Positions 1 to 64,000 of a stretch of 64,000 nucleotides of DNA are shown here, piece by piece (position 1 is the first letter of the stretch; the number at the start of each line of letters is the position of its first letter). The translations under genes were made by a program, and so were the position numbers. The notes under the pieces were generated by a model. The model made no database searches, was not told the origin of the DNA, and worked only from the letters and a program-made list of their open reading frames with translations. Source of the stretch: Vicugna vicugna (Eukaryota); contig MU061017.1 in NCBI GenBank assembly GCA_013265495.1, positions 8,084,180 through 8,148,179 of the forward strand, written 5' to 3'.

Positions 1-1004
1 GTACCAGTTTTAGGCCAAATGATCTGGTTCATTTCATTATGTTACGATCTTTTTTAAAAAAAAAATTGTGGCCGGGGCTAGAATTATTCGTATTTGATGC
101 TAATTGAAGTGGGCAGTTAAAGCAGTTCATGAATAAAGTTTCAACATCTGCTCAGAAATCCCAAATGAGCAATCAAATAAAAGTCAAATAAGAGAGATGA
201 TCACTGGCCTTATTATAGAGGTAATCAACTTTCTACATACAGGGACAGAACGTGGTTTTCACGAAAGCTTGCCGTTTGTTTGGGTGACTTTGGCAATGGA
301 GATTTTGGAAGCAGCAGATGCTTCTTCGGTGTATCATTTCCAGTGAGCAAAGGCACTCAAAAATCTGCCCTTGCTTTCTTAGGATTATTTCCAATTCCAT
401 CTGTTTTCCCATTTCCTTGGCAATGAGTCAGTTGCTTAAGGGTGGAAGAGAAGCTACTGAGTTAGAGACAGAGGTGGAAAAGTGCTACGCTTGCAATCCA
501 TAGCTGCCACGCAGCGCGCACACTGCCTATGCGCACCTCCTGACCAGAGCATCGAGATGCACTTTATCACCGAGAGGTTCTGGAGAACAGAAAGATACAC
601 GTTTAAACAGTGGATGTATTGGCTAGAAATAACCTCTAAAGAAGCACACATTTCCCTCTGTCATGTTATGGATTGCTAACGACTGCTCAGGTGATGTTTT
701 ATGTCCTTTAAGCCTCATACCTTGCAGCGTTAGAATGCAGGATGCCAGCGGTTGATAAATTTTCGTGTCAGCGAGGGGGAAAAAAAGGAGAAGAAATGCC
801 CATCAAATGCTGACCACCATTTTTCCAAAAAACTTCCACTGGCAATAAAAATGGCAAGATAATTTAGATACTTTCTTGTTTGTGCTTTGGAGCAAATTTC
901 TGGATGAAGTGAGGGCTCTTTGGATGAGGAGGAATGAGGTAACACCTAAGTGCTTTGAGCTCCTTGGAGAAAAAGATGATAAAATCCTCAGAGTTGCAGA
1001 AGTG

Positions 1005-1024
1005 TCCATCCATCCATCCATCCC
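1005..1024. repeat. (TCCA)n microsatellite
   Basis: tccatccatccatccatccc; degenerate arrays of the same motif occur near 4588-4670 and 20827-20861. Confidence 0.8.
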
Positions 1025-2309
1025 TGTCTTTGAAGTTGACCCCTTTTTCCATATCCTGTTATCCAGGCCTCTCCATCTCTAGAGGAACATGTATCAACAG
1101 GCCCCTGAACACTGGGCATGAGGATCTTAGAGCAGAAGCCCATCTGCTCTAAGGGACATGTTTATTTTAAGGAAGGAAAACTAATATTTATTGAGGCTGA
1201 CTATGAACCCAGTGCTGTGGTAAGCTATCTTTGCAAATCATTTATTTCTCAGAAGACTGTTCCAAAGGAAGCTCTCTCCCCACTGTAAATGGGAGGGTAC
1301 CAGCCCAGAGAGGTGAAGTAACTTGCCCAAGTGGCAAGAAAAGGGATCTTCAAACTCTGAATCCTAAACTCTTTCCTCAGCTGCCTCCTCCAGGCAGCAC
1401 TGGAAATCCTCTGAAGTATAAAAGGGCTTTTCAAGAATTGAAAACATCATTCTACAAAAACAGCTCCAGGAGGGTCTTGCATGGTTGTTGAGGAGCTACG
1501 TATGTGCGGGGAGGTGTGTGAGTGAGTAAGAACACGCCAGCTTCTCGGGCATTCTCAGGATGGCTGGTTGGTTTGGAGGTGATTCCTGGGATCAGAAATG
1601 GGTGGCTTTCAAGACCTGCTTGGACCAAAGATACTTCCAACTTCATTTCAGGAGAAGGAATTAACTTCCCGAAGGAGAATCCTGGTCTGAAGGAAGGCTT
1701 AGCTTTGGTTCTGGTGTGACCGTGACTCTGTGCCTGTCTCTTGAACCTGACCCCACAGTGGCCGTATAGCTGACTGCTCCGTCCTCTCTGTGCCCCACTT
1801 TGCTCTTTTGTTGAGCGGGGCTGGAGGATGGGGCTGGAGGGCTGGGTGGCTCTATCATAAACGCCATCGGCCGGGCAAGCACAGAACCTGAGGAGAAAGT
1901 TCTAGTTTACAAAAAGGGCTTTTCTTTACTTGGCCCTTGTCCCCCTCCCTGGGAGTGTCTAGGATGGGAGATCTGAGGCTTCCAAGATCCTCTACCGCAG
2001 TCTGATTACACAGGATAAGGATGTGGGTCTTCCTCTGTGTCTGACAGAATGTTAGCCAGGATGGTATCAGGCAGCTGGGGAAGTGCTAGGTTTGGATGGA
2101 AAAGGTCAAACAGCCTCTCCTCTTAACTCTATTTTTATTTGAGTTCCCTGAGAACACATATCAAGGGGTAGGTATTAGCAGGGGGAGATAGTGAAGGACA
2201 GAGATTACTACAGCTTGTTTCTGGAAACTGTTTGCGAGGCTGGTCTGAATGTATATAACATCTCTCTCCAAAAAGTTTAAAGTTAAGACAGTGTGTGAAG
2301 ACAGTGCAC

Positions 2310-2490
2310 TACGGTGAGACTGGGAGCTCTGGCTCGAATCCCATTTTCTGTTGCTGGGTCATTGTGGAATTTGCAGCAATTCATTTCCTTTAGCCCTCAG
2401 TTTTCTTAGCTCTAAAATGGGAATAGGCCAAAGGATCATCATCTTAGCATTGGTCTGAGGTACAGATGGGGGTTGAGAATTTTGTAGATA
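2310..2490 (+). mobile_element. MIR SINE
   Basis: ctctggctcgaatccc...cctcagttttcttagctctaaaatgggaata core. Confidence 0.6.
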
Positions 2491-3106
2491 AAAAGTGACG
2501 CATGAATGGCTCCATTAGAGGAGCAATTTCTGCCCGCAAAGTGCTTTTTAAAAATCACTTTCCAACCTGCATTTAAGAGGGGGAGACATGTCACCAAGAT
2601 GAGTGGTGTTTTCCAGGAAGCAAGAGAGCCCAGCCCAGGCCACCCCTGCAGTCACACCGACTGGCGTTTGCGCGCGCGGCTCCCCCGCTCCCCACACCCC
2701 ACCCAACCTGCTCCGAGAACAGGTGCTCGCAGCCCTCTCCCTGGCTGTTTCCTATAGTTTATTCCATGCTGCCATCTATAGGTGCTCCCGTATTATCACA
2801 AGCTGAGCGGGGCCTCTGACTTTACTGTCTGCAGTCAGAGGTGTGAGAGGGGCGCTGAGTCAGCCACTAGGTTATTCTCAGGCAATTTCTCTTCTCAATG
2901 CACAACCCCACATGTTTTGCTTTTCCCTCTGGAGGTGAGAACATATTCAGAGAGGAGGCAGAGCATGAGGGCTGGCATTGGAGCAGCTCTGAGCACCTTG
3001 GGGTGGCGAGGGGGCAGGCGAAAGCGAGCTGCTATTGGGGAGAGGAACCCCTGGGGGGGGTGATGCCAGTCTTGAGACCAGCCACCCATCCATTCCCATC
3101 CTGTAG

Positions 3107-58234
<55,128 letters not shown>

Positions 58235-60061
58235 TTAACTCAAGGTTGCTCCGTAAAGTACTGTGATTTACTTCAACCCCCTGTAGGATAAAAGGTGTGT
58301 GCCCTTAAGTCAAAACCTATTGGAAATTGCCCACTATCTCAAAGTGATGCCACCTGCCCCAAACGGTCAGAGTTCCAGAAAAGAGGGACGTGCCAAGCTC
58401 CTCTTTCCAAGTACGCAACGGGGCTTCTAAAAGCCAGTTGTGGAAAGCATACATCTTGCCTAAAATTTCCAAACAGTTGTCACTAGAAACTTTGGTTCAC
58501 CTGAAAAACTAGTGAAGGAAAAAGTTCTGGTTAAAGAAGTCTGACCGGAGATCTGACCAGAGAAATCTGTTCCATCAATGCTGTTTCTGGATCAGAGTTT
58601 TCACCAGGAGAGAGCCTGTTGGAAGGATTTTGAGGAGCAGTGACTGGAAGGTTTGACTCCCTCTAAGGGATCCCTCGGACGCTGGGAGGCACCTGACCTC
58701 TGCTGCGCCTCTGTTGCTCCCTCCTGTTTGTGACGACCCCCCTCCCTGCCCTCACGTCCTCCAGCCCCACCATGGCCGCGTGGCCACCGCATATGTTGTT
58801 TGCAGCCCTGGGGAACCCACCCCGCATCCGTCCCCTCAGATCCAAACTCTCCTTTTACAAATCAACCAAATAATTTGTCATGTGTTTCATGCTTCAGTAA
58901 ACTTTGTGTTCAAGTATTCTCATTCCTCGGTGGCTGGAATCATTCTTACCGGTGTTCAGCTCCGCACACTACATAGCACGCTCTGATTTTTTTTTTAAAG
59001 CCACCACAACGGCAATTGGAACAGGTGGGCACTGCTGGCCAGAGCTTTGGTGTGTTTCGCTATACGACTGTTGGCTGTACCAACAGAGCACTAGCAGGGC
59101 ATTTATTAAGGTGCTGTGCAGACGAGAGGCCGGCAGTGTCCTCCTTTGTACGCGGTACAAGACCCCACATTTACTGTAACTACAAAATGGAGGGCCTGGT
59201 AAATACGCCCCTGAGGTGCCTCTCTTTTTAAGGTTAAAAACAAAGTAAATCCAAGCTGATTTTGACGTTGTTTTGGGCTTAAGCTGATGGCATTTTTGTC
59301 TTGTTCTGGGAACCCTGGGAAACACTTGAGCAGAAATCTTAGTGTCCTTGACCGTGGGTGTGGGGACAATTCCTGTCTTCTGTATGAAAGGTGCCACATC
59401 CCACTGAAGACGCAGGGTGTAGACTGAGTCTGCGCTGAGTGGCTTTGTTCTCCCGGCCCCGCTGGGAGGGTCAGCAAGTTCTAGCTTAGCAGTCAGAGAT
59501 GCTGTGTGGCCAAGAGGACAGCTGGTAACTGATGGAGAAAAAGATGCACCTGCTTCAACTCGGGCATCTTAGGACCTTGTGGGAAAATGCTGAGCACTGA
59601 GATGGATTCAGGAATCAAATCATCTGTTCTGGGTGAGACACAGCACCTCCTCTTCACCGTGATGGAAACTGATGTCACACAGGGGTTCCTTTTTCACATG
59701 AAAACCTCAACTCCGGACCCTCCCCTACTTCGAGATCAGCAGGTTCAGAGTTCATGCTCTGTTCTCACTTCCACAGCCTGAGGTTTAGGCCTTCATCAGG
59801 CAGATTCTGGGTTGAACGCAATAATGCCTCATTTATTATTATTTTTTTTACTTGATTTCCTTAAACAAGTTTTAACTAAAAACATACAAGGAGGAAATGT
59901 TTTCATACTTAATAACTTCTCTTCATTAATTTTCATATCAAATTCACTAGAAATTTCTAAATTAAAGACTATAATTGTTTTTTAGATTTTTAATTAAATC
60001 CTTTCCTGCTGCACTTTTATTCTCGGCCTTTGGTTTTCTCACTTGGTCGACATCCTTGTCT

Positions 60062-61450
60062 GCCATCAGGACAGGCTAGGTTGGGGAGCCATGAGAGGAA
60101 CCCCCAGAATCTCTGTGGCTTAAACAACAAAGGTCTCTCTTTGCTAATGCCAGGGGGCCCTGATCCTTATTGCCACCCTGGGAGGGAGGCTGATGGGGAT
60201 TTCATTATCTTTTCTCCTCTCAATAGAATTTATTGAACAATTTCTCCTTTCCCCCAGGACCTGCGGTACCACCTTTACCCCTGTATCCTATATCAAGTGT
60301 CAATCTCTGTGGTTCTGCTTGCGAGCTCCTGACTCCCCCTCCATGGGTTTATTTTGCTGTTCCTATGTCAGAGCCGCATTTTTTATTCATAACCGACACA
60401 GAACATCATTAGTTTCAGGTGTACAACCCAGTGATTCGATATGCAGATATACTAGGAAATTATCATCACAATGACTCCACCCACTACCACACATAGCTAC
60501 AATTTTTTTTCCTGTGATGAGAACTTTTAAGATCTACTCTCTTAACAACTTTCAAATATGCAATGCAGTATTACCGATTACAGTCACTGCGCTGTACCTT
60601 ACACCCAGGACGTGTTCGTTATATAACTGGAAGTTTGTTATCTTTTGACGCTCTTCACTGGTCTCATCCTGCCTCTGGCAACCACCAATCTGTTCTATGC
60701 ATCTATAATTTCATTTGGGGTTTTTTTTTTTTTTAGATTCCACATATAAGTGAGATCATACTGTATTTGTTTTTCTCTGACTTATTCCATCTAGCATAAT
60801 ACCTTCAAGGCCCATCCATCTTATTGCAAATGGCTGGACTTCCTTCTTTCTACAGTTGAGTAATATTCCATTGTATGTATGTGGGTATATATATATATGC
60901 ACACTCATATATATACAAATACTTTTATTTATATATATATATTCTTTATCCAGTCATCCATCGATGGACACTTAGGTTGTTTCCATATCTTGGTTATTGT
61001 AAATAATGCTGCTGTGAATGTGGGGGTACAGATATCTTTTTGAGTNNNNNNNNNNNNNNNNNNNNNNNNNNNNNNNNNNNNNNNNNNNNNNNNNNNNNNN
61101 NNNNNNNNNNNNNNNNNNNNNNNNNNNNNNNNNNNNNNNNNNNNNNNNNNNNNNNNNNNNNNNNNNNNNNNNNNNNNNNNNNNNNTCCCTTTTCTCCACA
61201 CCCTCTCCAGCATTTGTTTCTTGATACTTCATTATCTTTTGATGCTGCCAGCTCCACACACGGATTCGGGGTTCACCTCTGCAAGGGGAGAGAGCGTAAA
61301 GAACCACACCCCAGAAGGGACATACAACACTTCTGTTCCCATCTCACTGGGCAAAGCAAGTTCCACGGCTGTCACTACTTTCAGAGAGCGGGGAACTGCG
61401 AACTTCCTGGGAGCCTGGGAGGGAGGAGAACTGGAAACCCGTGGTGATGG
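60062..61450. mobile_element. MLT1J/K-like MaLR LTR split into two parts (60062-60190 and about 61260-61450) by later insertions
   Basis: The first part caggacaggctaggtt...ctctgtggcttaaacaacaaaggt continues after the L1 as ...ccagaagggacatacaacacttctg...gcaaagcaagtt...ggggaactgcgaac. Confidence 0.6.
60378..61230 (-). mobile_element. LINE-1 3' fragment (L1MA9-like), partly N-masked
   Basis: ORF 60929..61213(-) contains KDICTPTFTAALFTITKIWKQPKCPSMDDWIK (ORF2p C-terminus); 3'UTR motifs gtgatgagaacttttaagatctactctctta. Confidence 0.9.
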
Positions 61451-64000
61451 CTGCCAAGCAGTCTTCCAGCCAGTCGTGCCTAACTGCATTCAGGAGAAAC
61501 ACATCCACAGACCTGAAAACAAACAGGACCCTTAGCCCGCTGTCTGGAAGGCAGAAGAACGGGAAGATGTCCTGACCCTTCTATCCTTTCTCTGCTTGAA
61601 ATAAATCATTTGATATCACACTACCTTCATCTTCCTCTCTGTAAAATGAGAACTTACAAGCTTCTTTTAAAATATTCTTAGGTTAGAAAATGACACTACC
61701 CAAACATAAACCATATGATAGCATATATTTAGATAGCTCCAGAACATCGCCTTCCCCTGCCACTCAGAAAGATTTGCCTCGGGGCGGGGGGCAAAAGTAC
61801 TTGCTTAGCAAAGGTTAAAAGGAAAGTTAATTGGGAATCTCATTAACTTGGTATTTGTCTGATAACAAAAGAGACAACATCCTGGGCTCTGGCATTTCTG
61901 ACAATTGGGGATTCTATAATTAGTTTCTCAGCCAGGAGTAAGTATGCGCTCTATTCAAAGTCCTGGTGCCAAAACGTGAGAGCAGTAATTGTTTCACATT
62001 GTCTAATATTCTAGCTATTTTCAGAACCATCTGACATTTAGTGAGAGCTTGAAATCTAATAATCTAATCTTTCAACCAAAGAAATTAAGTAATTATCTAA
62101 GAATGACAATCATATAGGTTTAGAGTAATGAAGAATTACTTCTTTACTAAATCTGACTTCATTTAGCATCTACCCCATTCCGAACCTTCCAGTCTCTCTC
62201 CTAGAACCCAGGGGATATCTACACTCTGTATTTCGCTGCAATTTGGTCCTGGTTAGGAGAACATGATGGCATTTTTCAGGGCCCTGATTCACGGGCATCT
62301 GCGGCACAACTCGGTGAAAAAGATCAAACAGCACCCTCTAGTGTCTGCTCTTTGTTTTTGCATGAAACCCAAACATATTGAACCACACCAATAAAAATAT
62401 GATTTCTCCCCCTCCCTGAAACCTTAGATGCAAAACATTACCAGAATATAGCTTTAGAGAACACATCAAATGCCAAGGACGTTTTTCTGGAGAACACTGT
62501 GAGATTTATTCATATGCACACAGTAAGCATCATTCTAGGAAAATACCAGCTCTTGGCACCCCATGCAAATTTTGCCCTTAATATCTGTTTCTCTAACGTG
62601 TTGACAAAAATAGCTGTCAGGAAAAATTAAGTGTCTCTTTAAAATGTTGATAAATAAACAATCTGATCAAGAGAAACCATGAAATATTTAGCAGTCTTTC
62701 TTTTCCCCAACAGAATTGTGAAATACTCTCATATGCATGTAAAGCACCAGAACTATAACTCTGGTCTGACTAACGGAAGGCTCTGTTTGTGATGGTTTCA
62801 TTATGTTTGCTGAAATATGATTCCCATGTAAGACAGCAGCTCCATGGCAGAGGGACAGAGCTCTGTGTCTATAGATGCAAATAAGACACAAAAGACTCAT
62901 CGTTCCATGAAGAACTCGGCAATCAAATGCTATTTGCTAAGGAAACAAATGGAGGAAGGATGCTCACTGTACATTTTGCCGTGTGTTTCTGTTTGCACAT
63001 CGCCTCTGGATTAGCTGCAGCTTTATTCATTGGCATAAAATATTGATGATGAAATAGTTCTGAACCTCAGACGTTCTCTCATCAGATAACGTAACAGTCC
63101 CTCATGCTCCTGTGGCATCTTTCATAACTGGTGCCTTCCTCCCTGTATTTATTATTGTTCAGTCCTAAATCACGCTGCATTCTGACAGAGAAATCAGAGG
63201 GAAAGCATTAGGTCGAAGTTATAATGGCATAAAGCACAAACTAAAGAAAAATGCAAAGCCCCTCATATCTGCGTGCTCCCGCTCGTACGTTTATTTAGTC
63301 CTTTCCAGCTCCTAATGAGACATATGAGAATGACGGCAGTCTTCTCTGTCTTTTCTGTCTTTTAAAAACAAAGAAACTGTGACACAGAATCCTCGATTCC
63401 GCAACTCCCCACAACTCTTGAATTTCTTTGTGGAAGAGTTTAGGGTGTAAAAATCCACTGATGGTACCCTATTTCAATTGGGCCAAAAATATAGGATTTT
63501 ACTGAGAAGAGTAACATACTTAGTTACTTTAGGTCTTGATAATCTTGGCATTGGATCTATCTAGAACTCATGGAATTTTTCTGATTTAAACACTACATTC
63601 CCATAGACATACGCTTTGAAGTTAATTATATGTTAACCAAAGACAAAAAAAAAAAAAGCATGGTTCCTAGTATTTTCCTCTTTACCTGCCACAAATATCC
63701 TCAGTGCTACCAGCCATCCTGGTCCTTTAAGGGAGTTTACATATGTACATGGACCGTTCAAGTTGAGGAGTCACAAGGGTATATTCAATGACGCTCTCCA
63801 CGAGCCTCTGAGTTGATGGCTGCAAAATGCAAGAATAGCAGCGTCCCTGCAAAGGAGAGAGTCTGCTCTCCCGAAGAGTCCTGATCAGAAAGCAATTTGG
63901 CAAACTGATTTGACAAGGGAAAATGCTGGAACATATAATGTGAAAATGTCTGGGTGTTGTATCAGAATAGTCAAGGCATAAACTGAGAAGAGCTGTGAAT

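Noticed and set aside
58300-64000. Possible additional gene downstream of TECTA
   Set aside because: Only repeats and AT-rich non-coding sequence are present, with no exon-like ORF bearing splice signals or recognisable homology.

Overview
This is mammalian genomic DNA carrying most of TECTA (alpha-tectorin, the tectorial-membrane glycoprotein) on the + strand. Tandem tRNA-Ala-derived SINEs and the L1 3' ends suggest a camelid (inference). Twenty coding exons run from 3107 to the TAA stop at 58232-58234; these are coding exons 4-23 in human 23-coding-exon numbering, recalled from memory. Every intron is GT-AG, the exons join in frame, and they sum to 5982 nt (1993 aa plus stop). The first ~162 aa lie upstream of the window. 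The domain order is NIDO, four VWD/C8/TIL units, ZP domain, tetrabasic furin site, EGF-like module, GPI signal. Introns hold MIR, L2, L1, MaLR/ERV LTRs, hAT MERs and two camelid-type SINE copies. Six N-runs look like length-preserving masking rather than true gaps. I found no evidence of a new gene, RNA gene or novel biological system. The best second-look items are two splice-acceptor choices (a 15-nt SPLAP/RPLAP switch and a NAGNAG whose distal AG creates TGA), extreme exon-to-exon GC3 mosaicism, an antisense solo LTR with intact-looking promoter motifs, and SINE-derived intronic poly(A) signals. Repeat family names come from recalled consensus sequences and repeat boundaries are approximate.
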